Source of the DNA: Rebecca billardiae RCC1528
Taxonomy: Eukaryota; Protista; Haptophyta
DNA: 64,000 nt
Assembly: GCA_965240325.2 (NCBI GenBank)
Contig: OZ251252.1
Location: 558,001-622,000, forward strand
Direction: 5' to 3'
The stretch's first letter is position 1; every line of letters starts with the position of its first letter. Positions 1 to 13,197 of this stretch are shown piece after piece. The notes under the pieces were generated by a model. That model saw nothing but the letters and a program-made list of their open reading frames with translations, searched no databases and was not told the origin of the DNA. Position numbers and translations under genes: made by a program.

Positions 1-238
1 ACGCCGGAGTTGACGTCTCGCGGCTGTCGATCGAAAAGATCGAGCCGCAGGACGATGGCTCCACGCTCGTGGTCGTGAAATCCACGGCCAACCCTGCCGC
101 CGGCGAGACGCTCACCGACCTGCGATCGGTGCTCCAGCCCAAGCCGCCTGTGTTGGCGCCTCTGGACGCGCTGAGCTCGGAGCTGCCGTACACGCTGATC
201 GACGTGCAGTGGCACATGCCACCGTCCTCGCCGCCAGT

Positions 239-272
<34 letters not shown>

Positions 273-1005
273 CCCAACCTCGACACCGAGGAGTACCTCG
301 GCCTGCACATCGACCTGACGGCCGGCGAGCTTGCGAGCGCGTCCAACGCGACGACACTGCTCGCGTCCGTCGCTGCCGAGCTCGGCATCGCCGCATCGCG
401 GCTGTCGTTCGAGGCGGTGACGGAGCAGGGCGACGGCACGACCAAGGTGGTGCTCAAGCTCACCACGGATGAGTCGGCGGGCGAGTCGCAGGTGGACCCG
501 ACATCTCAACTCACACCGAACAACGGGCCGGGCACGCCTGCGTCTCTGGACGAGCTCTCGTCGAGGCTGGGCGTGCCGATGGTCGCCGCGCCGTTTAGCC
601 ACGTGCCGCCCTCGCCGCCGCCTGCGCCGCCCTCGCCGCCCTCGCCGCCGGCACCGCCGCCCGACCTCGCCAACGAGGAGTACGTTGCGCTCGAGTTGGC
701 GCTGACGCCGACACAGCTCGAAGCTGCGCGCGAGGCACTGCTCGTTTCGCTCGCCGCCGAGCTGGGTGTCGACGTGTCTCGGCTCTCGTTCGAGGCTGTG
801 GCCGACCAGGGCGACGGCACGACCAAGCTGGTGGTGAAGCTGACGACGAACACGTTCGCCGGCGAGTCGAAGGTCGACCCGACGGGCCAGCTCAAGCCGA
901 ACAACGGGCCGGGCACGCCGTCATCGCTCGCCGATCTCTCGTCGAGGCTGGGCGTGCCGGTGGCGGAGTACCCGTACAACCACGTGCCGCCCTCGCCGCC
1001 ACCCG

Positions 1006-1070
<65 letters not shown>

Positions 1071-3711
1071 GCGCCGCCGCCTGACCACGCCAACGAGGAG
1101 TACCTCGCGCTCGAGATCTCGCTCACGCCCGCGCAGCTCGAGGCCGCGCGGGAGGCGCTGGTGGCCTCGCTTGCGGCCGAGCTGGGCGTCGACGCGTCTC
1201 GGCTCTCGTTCGAGGCGGTGGCCGACCAGGGCGACGGCACGGCCAAGCTCGTGGTGAAGCTGACGACCGACCCGTCCGCGGGCGAGTCGTTGGTGGACCC
1301 CACAAGCAGGCTCACGCCGAACAACGGGCCGGGTACGCCGACGTCGCTGGCTGATCTGTCCTCGAGGCTTGGCGTGCCGGTGGCCGAGCCGCCGTACAAC
1401 CACGTGCCGCCGTCGCCGCCACCAGCACCGCCTTCCCCTGCGCCGCCGCCCGACCACGCCAGTGAGGAGTACCTCGCGCTGGAGCTCGTGCTCACGCCGG
1501 CGCAACTCGAGGCTCAGCAGCAGGACCTGCTGGCGGCGCTTGCCTCCGAACTGGGCATAGCCGCAGCTCGGCTCTCGTTTGAGGCGGTGACCGACCAGGG
1601 CGATGGCACCACCAAGCTGGTGGTGAAGATCACCATCGACCCGTCGGGCGAGTCGAAGGTGGACCCGACATCTCAACTCACACCGAACAATGGGCCGGGC
1701 ACGCCGACGTCGCTCGCCGATCTCTCTGAGAGGCTGGGCGTGCCGGTGGCTGAGCCGCCGTACAACCACTTGCCGCCCTCGCCGCCGCCCTCGCCGCCGC
1801 TGCCGCCCTCGCCGCCGCCCAACCTCGAGCTGTACGACTACGCGCGAGTGCGGGTCAACTCGACCGAGTTCGCGTTCGAGGAGTTCTCGATCGACTTCTT
1901 GGCGAAGGTGGCTGAGGCGCTCGGCGTGGACGTGGAGCGGCTGTCGGTGCACGCGACGAACGTGCTGAGCGACACGACGACGCGCGTGGTGATCCGCATC
2001 CGCAACGATCCGTCGGTAGGGGACGCTCCCGTGAACATCGTGGAGAAGCTCTCGCAGGCGGCTCCACCTGTGATCTCGCCATTGGAGCAGCTCAGTGATC
2101 GACTTCGCTTGCCTGTGCGCGGGCTTCCGACCTCGTTCGAGCCGCCTTCGACGCCTCCGTCGCCGCCTATGCCACCGCCACCGTCGTCGCCGCCTTCGCC
2201 GCCTCCAGACCTGACGGTGGAGGACTACGTCGAGCTGCGGCTCAACCTCACCACGTGGGAGGCGGCCGCGGTGGCGGACGAGCTGCTGGCCGCGCTGGCT
2301 GAGGCGGGCGGTGTGGACCCGTCGCGCCTCTCGATCGAGCGGATCGAGCCTGTCGGCGGCGGTGAGTCGTCTCTGGTCGTGATCAAGTCGACGGCTAATC
2401 CGGCCGCTGGCGAGACGCTGACCGACCTCTCGTCCATGCTGCAGCAGCTGTCCGCGCAGCCGCAACCGCCCGCGCCGCTGGACGCGCTGAGCTCGGAGCT
2501 GCCCTACACGCTGATCGACGTGCAGTGGCACATGCCGCCGTCCTCGCCGCCCGCGCCGCCCGCGCCGCCCTCGCCGCCCTCGCCGCCCCCCAACCTCGAC
2601 ACCGAGGAGTACCTCGGCCTGCACATCGACCTGACGGCGGATCAGCTCGTGGGCTCGGCCAACACCACGACGTTGCTCGCGGCCATCGCAGCCGAGCTTG
2701 GCATCGACGAGTCGCGGCTGTCGTTCGAGGCCGTGACCGACCAGGGTGACGGCACGACGAAGGTGGTGATCAAGCTCGCAACTGACCCGTCGGCGGGTGA
2801 GTCGCAGGTGGACCCAACTGGCCAACTCACACCGAACAATGGGGTGGGCACACCGACGTCGCTGGCCGATCTGTCGTCGAGGCTGGGCCTACCGTTGGCG
2901 GACGGGCCGTTCAGTCACGTGCCGCCCTCGCCGCCACCTGCGCCGCCATCGCCGCCATCGCCGCCCGCGCCGCCGCCAGACCACGCCAACGAGGAGTACC
3001 TCGCGCTCGAGCTGTCGCTCACGCCGGCGCAGCTCGAGGCCGCGCGGGAGGCACTGCTTGTTTCGCTCGCTGCCGAGCTGGGCGTCGACGTGTCTCGGCT
3101 CTCGTTCGAGGCGGTGACCGACCAGGGCGACGGCACCACCAAGGTGGTGGTCAAAGTCAGGACCGACCCGTCGGCCGGCGAGTCGCAGGTGGACCCGACA
3201 TCTCAACTCACACCGAACAATGGGCCGGGCACGCCGTCATCGCTCGCCGATCTCTCGTCGAGGCTGGGCGTGCCGGTGGCCGAGCCGCCGTACAACCACG
3301 TGCCGCCCTCGCCGCCGCCAGCACCGCCCTCGCCGCCATCGCCGCCATCGCCGCCCGCGTCGCCGCCCGACCTCGCCAACGAGGAGTACGTCGCGCTCGA
3401 GCTGGCGCTGACGTCGGCGCAGCTCGAAGCCGCGCGGGAGGCACTGCTCGTCTCGCTGGCGTCCGAGCTGGGCGTCGACGTGTCTCGGCTCTCGTTCGAG
3501 GCGGTGGTTGACCAGGGCGACCGCACGACCAAGCTCGTGGTCAAGCTCGCGACGAACCCGTCGGCCGGCGAGTCGAAGGTGGACCCGACCTCACAACTCA
3601 CACCCAACAATGGGCTGGGCACGCCGGTTTCTTTGGTCGATCTCTCGTCGAGGCTGGGCGTGCCGGTTGCGGAGTACCCGTACAGCCACGTGCCGCCCTC
3701 GCCGCCGCCCG

Positions 3712-3746
<35 letters not shown>

Positions 3747-5618
3747 CCGGACCTCACCAATGAGGAGTACGTTGCGCTTGAGTTGGCGCTGACGCCGGCA
3801 CAGCTCGAAGCTGCGCGCGATGCACTGCTCACTTCGCTCGCCGCCGAGCTGGGCGTCGACGTGTCTCGGCTCTCGTTCGAGGCGGTGACCGACCAGGGCG
3901 ACGGCACGACCAAGGTGGTGGTCAAAGTGAAGACCGACCCGTCGGCCGGCGAGTCGTTGGTCGACCCGACGGGCCAGCTCACGCCGAACAACGGGCCGGG
4001 TACGCCGGCGTCGCTCACCGCGCTCTCGTCGACGCTGGGCGTGCCCGTTGCTGAGTACCCGTACAGCCACGTGCCGCCGTCGCCGCCGCCGTCTCCGCCA
4101 ATGCCGCCCGCGTCCCCACCGCCGCCCTCGCCGCCGCCCAACCTCGAGCTGTACGACTACGCGAGAGTGCGGGTCAACTCGACCGAGTTTGCGTTCGAGG
4201 AGTTCTCGATCGACTTCTTGGCCAAGGTGGCCGAGGCGCTTGGCGTGGACGTGGAGCGACTGTCGGTGCACGCGACGAACGTGCTGAGCGACACGACCAC
4301 GCGCGTCGTCGTCCGCATCCGCAACGATCCGTCGGTCGGCGACGCGCCGGTGAACATCGTGGAGGCGCTGTCGCAGGCCGCGCCGCCGCTGCTCACGCCG
4401 ACCCAGCAGCTGAGTGATCGGCTTGGCGTCCCGATCATGGAGGTGCCGCTCGCTTTTGAGCCGCCATCGCCGCCACCCTCGCCGCCATTGCCCTCACCGC
4501 CGCCGTCGCCGCCGGCCCCGCCGCCCGACTTCCGCGTCGAGGACTACGTCGAGCTCAAGCTCAACTTCACCGGCCTGGACGTGGAGGCGGCGACGGCCGA
4601 CCTGCTCGCCAACATCGCGGAGGAGGCGGGCGTGGACGTCTCGCGGCTGTCGGTTGAGAGGATCGATCCGCTCGACGACGGCGCGTCGCTGGTCGTGGTC
4701 AAGTCGACGACCGCCCCGGCCGCTGGCGAAACGCTGACCGACCTCCGATCCGTGCTGCAGCCGGAGGTGCCGGCGCCGGCGCCGCTCGACTTGCTCAGCC
4801 GTGAGCTGGGCTACACGCTGATCGACGTGCAGTGGCACATGCCGCCGTCCTCGCCGCCAGTGCCGCCCTCGCCGCCCGCGCCGCCCTCGCCGCCCCCCAA
4901 CCTCGACACCGAGGAGTACCTCGGCCTGCACATCGACCTGACGGCCGGCGAGCTGGTCCGCTCGGCCAACATCACGCTTCTTGGCGCCGTGGCGACCGAG
5001 CTGGGCATCGACGCGTCACGCGTGTCGTTCGAGGCCATCACCGACCAGGGCGACGGCACGACCAAGGTGGTGGTCAAAGTCACGAGCGATCCGTCCGCTG
5101 GCGAGTTGCAGGTCGACCCGACGGGCCAACTCACACCCAACAATGGGCCGGGCACACCGTGGTCGCTCACCGTGCTGTCCGAGAGGCTGGGCGTGCCGTT
5201 GGTCGACGGGCCGTACAGCCACGTGCCGCCCTCACCGCCGCCCGCGCCGCCAGCGCCGCCATCGCCGCCCTCGCCGCCGCCCGACTTCGCGAGCGAGGAG
5301 TACGTCGCGCTCGAGCTCGCGCTCACGCCGGCGCAGCTCGAGGCTGCGCGCGACTCGCTGCTCGTCTCGCTTGCGGCCGAGCTGGGCGTCGACGCGTCTC
5401 GGCTCTCGTTCGAGGCGGTGACGGACCAGGGCGACGGCACCACCAAGGTGGTGGTCAAAATTATGACCGACCCGTCGGCCGGCGAGTCGCAGGTCGACCC
5501 GACCTCCCAACTCACACCCAACAACGGGCTTGGCACACCGTCGTCGCTCGCCGATCTCTCGTCGAGGCTGGGCGTACCGGTGGCGGAGTACCCGTACAAC
5601 CACGTGCCGCCCTCGCCG

Positions 5619-5660
<42 letters not shown>

Positions 5661-8600
5661 CCCGACCTCACCAACGAGGAGTACGTCGCGCTGTTGCTCT
5701 CGCTCACGCCCGCGCAGCTCGAGGTTGCGCAGGAGGGCCTGCTTGGCTCGCTGGCGTCCGAGCTGGGCGTCGATGCGTCCCGCCTGTCGCTCGAGGCCAT
5801 CACGGACCAGGGCGACGGCACCACCAAGGTGGTGGTCAAAATTATGACCGACCCTTCGGCCGGCGAGTCGCAGGTCGACCCGACCTCCCAACTCACACCG
5901 AACAATGGACCGGGCACACCATCGTCGCTTGCCGACCTGTCGTCCAGGCTGGGCGTGCCGGTGGCCGAGCCGCCGTACAACCACGTGCCGCCCTCGCCGC
6001 CGCCCTCACCGCCCGCGCCGCCCGCGCCGCCCGCGCCGCCGCCCGACCACGCCAACGAGGAGTACCTCGCGCTCGAGCTGTCGCTCACGCCCTCGCAGCT
6101 TGAGGCCGCGCGGGAGGCGCTGCTCGTCTCGCTGGCGGCCGAGCTGGGCGTCGACGTGTCTCGGCTCTCGTCCGAGGCGGTGACGGACCAGGGCGACGGC
6201 ACCACCAAGGTGGTGGTCAAAGTTATGACCGACCCGTCTGCCGGCGAGTCGCAGGTCGACCCGACCTCCCAACTCACACCCAACAACGGGCTTGGCACAC
6301 CGTCGTCGCTCGCCGATCTCTCGTCGAGGCTTGGTGTGCCGGTGGTGGCGCTGCCGTACAACCACGTGCCGCCTTCGCCGCCACCAGTGCCGCCAATGCC
6401 GCCCGCTCCGCCGCCCTCACCCTCGCCGCCGCCCGACCTCGAGCTGTACGACTACGCATCCGTGACCGTCAACTCGACCGAGTTTGCGTTCGAGGAGTTC
6501 TCGATCGACTTCATCGCCGAGGTGGCGGCGGTGCTGGGCGTCGAGGAGGAGCGCATGTCGGTGCACGCGCTCAACGTGCTCAGCGACACGACGACGCGCG
6601 TCGTCATCCGCATCCGCAAGGACCCGTCGGTCGGCGAGGCGCCCGTGGATCTCGTCGAGCTGCTCTCGCACGTGCCGCCGCCGCCGCTGCTCTCGCCGCT
6701 CGAGCAGCTCAGCGACCGGCTGGGCGTGCCGGTGCTCGAGACGCCGACGGCGTTCGAGCCGCCGTCTTCACCACCCTCGACGCCGCCCACGCCGCCACCT
6801 CCGTCGCCGCCGCCCGACCTCACCCGGGAGGACTACGTCGACCTCAAGCTCAACCTGACCGGCCTGGACGTCGACGTTGTGACGGCGCAGCTGCTGGCTG
6901 CGATCGCGGCGCAGGCCGAGATCGACGTGTCGCGGCTCTCGATCGAGAGGATCGACTACCTGCCGGGCGGCGCTGCGGTCGTCATCGTCAAGTCCACGGC
7001 CGACCCCGCCGCCGGCGAGACGCTCACCGACCTCAGAGCTCTGCTCCAGCCCAAGCCGCCCGTGCAGGCACCGCTGGAGTCGCTGAGCGAGAAGGTGGGC
7101 TACACGCTCGTGGGCGCGCACAGGCACACGCCCCCGTCTGCGCCGCCGGCGCCGCCGACGCCGCCGGCGCCGCCGGCGCCGCCGCCCAACCTGGACACCG
7201 AGGAGTACCTCGGCCTGCACCTCGACGTGCCGGTGGGTCAGCTCGCGAGCTCGGCCAACACCACGACGCTGCTTGCGGCCATCGCGGCCGAGCTCGGCAT
7301 CGACGTGTCTCGGCTCTCGTTCGAGGCGGTGGCCGACCAGGGCGACGGCACGACCAAGCTCGTGGTGAAGATCACCACCGACCCGTCGGCGGGTGAGTCG
7401 CAGGTGGACCCGACCTCCCAACTCACACCCAACAATGGGGTGGGCACACCGTCATCGCTCGCCGATCTGTCCTCGCGGCTGGGCGTGCCGTTGGTCAGCG
7501 AGCCGTTCAACCACGTGCCGCCGTCGCCGCCACCTGCGCCGCCGTCACCGCCGTCACCGCCGCCATCGCCGCCATCGCCGCCATCGCCTCCGTCGCCACC
7601 GCCCGACCACGCCAACGAGGAGTATCTCGCGCTCGAGATCTCGCTCACGCCCGCGCAGCTCGAGGCTGGGCAGGAGGCGCTGCTCGTCTCGCTTGCGGCC
7701 GAGCTGGGCGTCGACGCGTCTCGGCTCTCGTTCGAGGCGGTGACGGACCAGGGCGACGGCACCACCAAGGTGGTGGTCAAAATTATGACCGACCCGTCGG
7801 CCGGCGAGTCGCAGGTCGACCCGACCTCCCAACTCACACCGAACAACGGGCCCGGCACACCATCGTCGCTTGCAGATCTCTCTGAGCGGCTGGGCGTGCC
7901 GGTGGCGGAGCCGCCGTACAACCACGTGCCGCCCTCGCCGCCGCCAGCGCCGCCATCGCCGCCATCGCCACCATCGCCGCCATCGCCGCCGCCCGACCAC
8001 GCCAACGAGGAGTACGTGGCTCTCACGCTGAACCTGACGCTCGCGCAGACCGAGGCTGCGCAGGAGGCGCTGCTCGGCGCGCTCGCGACCGAGCTCGGCG
8101 TCGACGCGTCGCGGCTGTCGTTCGAGGCCATCACCGACCAGGGCGACGGCACGACCAAGCTCGTGGTGAAGATCACCACCGACCCGTCGGCGGGCGAGTC
8201 GCAGGTGGACCCGACCTCCCAACTCACACCCAACAATGGGGTGGGCACACCGTCATCGCTCGCCGATCTGTCGTCGCGGCTGGGCGTGCCGGTGGCCGAG
8301 CCGCCGTACAACCACGTGCCGCCGTCGCCGCCGCCGGCGCCGCCCTCGCCGCCCGCATCGCCGCCGTCCCCCGCTCCGCCACCCAACCTCGAGCTGTACG
8401 ACTTCGTCGCGGTCATTGTGAACTCGACCGAGTTTGCGTTCGGCGAGCTCTCGGTCGACTTCCTCGCCGAGGCCGCCGCGGTGCTCGGCGTCGACCCTGC
8501 CCGGCTGTCCGTGCACCACGTCGAGGGGCTGAGCGACACGGCCACGCGCGTCGTGATCCGCGTCCGCAACGACCCGGCGGCCGGCGACGACCACATCGAC

Positions 8601-9090
8601 GCCGTGAGCACGCTGATGCAGCAGCCGCCGGCGCAGCTCTCCGCGCTGGCGCAGCTGAGCGCCCTCCTCGGCGTCACCGTCCTCGATATCCCCACCGCCT
8701 TCGAGCCGCCCTCGCCGCCGCCCTCGCCGCCGTCGCCGCCGTCGCCGCCACCCAACCTGCGCGAGGAGGAGTACGTTGCGCTCGCCATCAACCTCACGCT
8801 CGCCGAGTTTGACGCCCTGCGCCAGGACGAGCTGCTGGACCGCATGGCGGAGCGGCTCGGCATCGACCGCGAGCGCGAGTCCATCGAGATCGTCTTTGAG
8901 CTCAGCGAGGACGGCATCCTCGCGGTCGTCAAGATCCGCGTGCGCGAGGGCGAGGACTTTGCGGACCCGGTCGGTCGGCTCACGCCGCTCAACGGGCCGG
9001 ACGCGCCGCGCTCGCTCGAGGAGCTCTCTGAGTGGCTGGGCGTGCCCGTGCTCGCGATCTCCTCGCACGTGCCGCCCTCGCCGCCGCCCG

Positions 9091-9149
<59 letters not shown>

Positions 9150-11213
9150 TACCTGATGGTGGAGGACTACCTGGCGCTCACGCTCGCGCTCACGCCCGAG
9201 CAGCTGGGCGCGGCGGAGGGCGCGCTGCTCGCCTCGATCGCGGCGCAGCTCGGCGTGGACGTGTCGCGGCTCTCGATCGAGCTGGCCAGCCCGCTGGGCG
9301 GCGGCACGACCAAGGTCGTCGTCAAGCTCTCCACCGACCTCTTCGCCGGGCAGACGCCCATCGACATCACGGCCCGCATGCTCGAGCTCGCGCGCGGCGG
9401 CGCGGGCGGCGGGTCCGGCGGGTACGGCGGCGGCTGCGGCAACTTCACCAACTCGACGAACCGGACGAACGGCACGAACGGCACGGGCGTCAACTGCACC
9501 AACGGCACCGCCGAGCTGCCCGCCCTCTCGATCATCGAGGGGCTGAGCGCGCTGCTCGGCCTGCCGGTCGCGGCGCTGCCGTACAGCCACGTGCCGCCCT
9601 CGCCGCCGCCCGCGCCGCCATCGCCGCCGCCCGACCAGATGACCGAGGAGTACGTCGCGCTGGAGGTGGACCTGCCGTGGTACGCGGTCTCGGAGGGCGC
9701 GAGCGCGCTGCTCGCCTCGATGGCGGAGTGCCTCGGCGCCGCGCTCTCGCGCCTCTCGCTCGAGCTCGTGCAGGAGCTCGGCACGAGCCGGACCAAGGTC
9801 GTCGTGAAATTGACGACCGACTTTGGCGCCGGCGAGGCGCCCGTGAACCCGACGGCGCGGCTCACGCCAAACAACGGCCCCGGCACGCCGGCGTCGCTCG
9901 ACGCGGTGTCGGAGTGCCTCGGCGTGCCCGTCGTCGCCGAGCCGTACAGCCACGTCCCGCCGGCGCCGCCGCCGTCGCCGCCGCCGCCGCCGCTCACGCC
10001 GCGCAGCCCGCCCGGCGCGCCGCCGCCGCCGCCGCCGCCGGACGAGGGCGACCCCAACCTGCTGCTCGACCCGCAGGTGGCGCCCGGGGCGGGCGTCTTC
10101 AGGCCCGGCGACGACCTCGACGTCGGCGGCGAGAGCACGGCGGGCACGAGCAACGTGGTCGACATCCGTGACCTGTGGGACATCATCCGGGAGAGCCTGC
10201 GCGACCCGCGCACGGGCGCGTGGACGCTCGGCGGGATCGTGTTCGGCGGCATCTTCGTCCTCGGCTGCATCGCCGGCGGTCTGTGGTTCATCATCACGCG
10301 CCGCCGGCGCAAGCGCGAGCGGAACTTCAGGGAGCTCTTCATCCCCTCGATCGGCCTGGGCGGCATCCGGCTGCAGATGCGCCCGCCCCTCGCCGCCAAG
10401 CCTTGGCTCCTGGCCGCCCCGCCGGCCGCGCCCATCACGGTGGAGCGGCCGATGACCGACTACCCGTGGAGCTTCGTGCTCGGCGGCTCGAAGAAGCGCC
10501 CGCCGCCCGCCGAGGGCGCTGCCGACGACCTGCGTGACGTCCCCCTGGAGGCGAGCGGGATGCCGGTCGTGCTCGTGCAGAGCCCGCCGCACACGCGGCG
10601 GAGCTTCGGCGGCGGCGTCCGGCTGGCGCCATTGCCAAGCCCGCGCGGGAGGAGCCCGGGCCTCGCCAGCAACCGGCCGACCAAGCTGCCCGCCTCGCTG
10701 GATGACGACGTGGCTAGCCCGACCACCACGCCCCTCAACCGCAGCCGACGGCCGGGCGCGCTCGGGCTGGCCAGCCCCGGCGCGTCGCCGCAGCTCGCCT
10801 CGAACCGCAGGGGCAAGCTGCCCACCACGACGAGTGGGGACAGCAGCTCGCCCGCATTCCGCACACGCCTGCCGCACAAGCCCGAGAGCCTGACCTCGCC
10901 CGGCAAGGCCCCGGGCCCGGCCAGCGCCGGCCGGCGCAGCCTCGGCCGCCAAGACACGGGCGGGAATCGCATCGTGCGCGTGCCGGGCGGTGGGATCACG
11001 ATCGGCCGGCTCGACAAGCCGCTGCCGCCGCCGTCTGACTCGCGCATGAGCTCCAGAACGGTGCCCCAGCCCCGGGATGCGGGCAAGGGCAACGACCCGC
11101 CTACGAACAAGCCGCCGCCGCCGCCACAGCCGCCGCGACCGCCGCCGCCGGAGAACCCACGCGCGAACGCCAAGACGATGCCGCAGCCCAGGGATCCCCG
11201 GCACAAGAAGTGA
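1..11213 (+). CDS. Giant Pro-rich (PPSPP, extensin-like linkers) modular type-I membrane protein, 5'-truncated by the window edge
   Basis: Frame is open from base 3 (AGVDVSRLSIEKIEP...) to TGA at 11213. It has ~25 copies of a ~100-aa domain separated by PPSPP linkers, an N-glycosylation-rich segment (NFTNSTNRTNGTNGT), one hydrophobic TM (GGIVFGGIFVLGCIAGGLWFII, ~10230-10296) followed by RRRRKR, then a Pro/Ser/Arg-rich tail. Confidence 0.9.
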
Positions 11214-13197
11214 CGACGCGACGCGGCCGCGATTCCGTCAACGAGCAGCAGCAGGGATGACGACGGCAGCGCAACCCATCGCGCGCGGCGCCCGCGGCGA
11301 TGATCATATCAGTCGGCGGCGCGGCGCCGCCGCCTGCGCCAGCAGCCTGTTCCGACTCGTCCGCTGCCGTGCGCACGCACGCGAGTGGCGCGTGCGCTGA
11401 CCTGGTGCCATCACTACTGAGTGATAATGCTACTGCGCGCGCGCGCGCGTCATCATCGGCTGCTGCCTGCCTTTCACTTGGGGCATCAGTACTGCCTACA
11501 ACGACGACATGTGATGCGTCCTTAGATGAGGCATAATCGCGATTCTAGCTGCCCGTCCATTCGGGTCCAACTCCAAGGGTCACTAGTGAGTCTAGTGACT
11601 AGATCGCAGTGATCGCACGTCTTTGCTCGCCCGACAGCCTCATCAACGGCGGACTGATGTGATCCGCGGGTGACGATGCGACCGCTTATTCGAGTGCGCC
11701 TACGGCCACCACCGGGGTGGGGATCGTTCATGGGCACCCTCTGCGTGCCATGACATGCTCTGGCCGTGCGTGGTGACTTGGCCCACCGCGCGTAAACGGG
11801 AAAGACACCCGAGCACGTGCTTCCGAGCCACCCGAATGGCACAATGTGCCACCCATGGACACCAAACACGTGCCAGAGCGCGAGCCTTGCGTGCTGGAGT
11901 AGCCGCACGACACCAAGGAAGACGTATGCGCGCTCTCAACCATCTTCAAGCGACGACTCCGTCGACTCTGCCTCGCAGACCGCGGTACGATCCTCGACCT
12001 TGTGCTCGCAGCAAAGGCCATGACGGTAAAGCAGCACCCAGGCGATGGGAGTCAGCCGGCAGCCACTACACTGCGACTGTACACACCCAGCCCCGCAAGG
12101 CGAGCCATCCTGCTCGCCACCAGCCCGTCATACAGCTCCACGAGGAGCACAAATCGACAGCCGCCGCTCAGGACGACCCATGCGCAAACGTGACGGGACT
12201 GGCCGGATGAAGCGTTGGCGATGCGCAGCGCGCCCAACGCTGGTGGTGGCATCGAGTACATGCTAGGGGTAGGCGGTGGCCCACACGAGCCGTCGCGTGG
12301 CCCGCATATTACCCGAGGTGGCCCGTCTCGAAGGCGCCGCGCAACCCAGCAGGTGAGCGTTCGACGCGCGCCGTCAGGCGAGAAGTCGACCTGGCGACGG
12401 ACCGCGGGCGGCGGAAGCAACGCAGACATGTCGCTCAAGGTGTGCACGCACACCACCGGGGTATCCGAACGATGTGTCCAGCACTACACCTGACATGAGG
12501 CGGCGCAGTCGTCCAGTCGAGGCTCTCGAGCCCCTTCCCGACCTTCGTCGCGGCGAGCCGTCGGACGGCCGGTGGCGATTTTTGACAAGCGCGACGAGCG
12601 AGTGCGGAGCGACGAGAAAAATCGGGAGAAATCAGGCGCCCAAAATCCGAAAAGGCTTTTTCACTGGCGAAAATCGGGATGGTCATGGACCTAAGGCTAG
12701 CCAGTTGTCCTCCGGTCCCGGAAGCTCACTTTGCCGTGCGTTGGCCTGCGTCCGCCAGAGTGGGTGCATGGCCCACGAGAGGAGGTCCAGCGTGCAATTC
12801 CGGTCGCCCGTGGCGTCGTCCGGCGTGAATCCGCCGGGATGCCGACGGAGCCGCTCGCGACGCGCGGGCTGCACATGGCGGGCGTCGACCCCCTCGACCG
12901 CGGCTACTCCAGGGAGACGCACATCGCCAGCATGTTCCGACACGACGCGCTGCGCTGCACGCCCGCGCACATGCCCGACGCTCGTGCGTGCGTCTGGCAG
13001 AGACGATTTTCTTTTCTTGGCAAGGCAATTTTCTTTATTATATATATATATATATATATATATCTTATTCTTTTCTTTTCCCCGGGGCCGGGTGCGGCCC
13101 GCGGCGGGTGCCCGCCCAGGCGGGCGGGCACGGTCAAGGGGCGGACCTACGTATACTATCAGCATCAGCTTCGTACGACCGACGACGCCCGCTCGCG

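Noticed and set aside
506-11206. Many long minus-strand and alternate-frame ORFs over the giant gene
   Set aside because: Antisense shadows of a GC-rich repetitive CDS. Translations are Arg/Gly/Ser low-complexity with no motifs.
11400-13000. Protein-coding genes in this interval
   Set aside because: Short ORFs lack motifs and host-like codon pattern; likely intergenic or decayed TE DNA.
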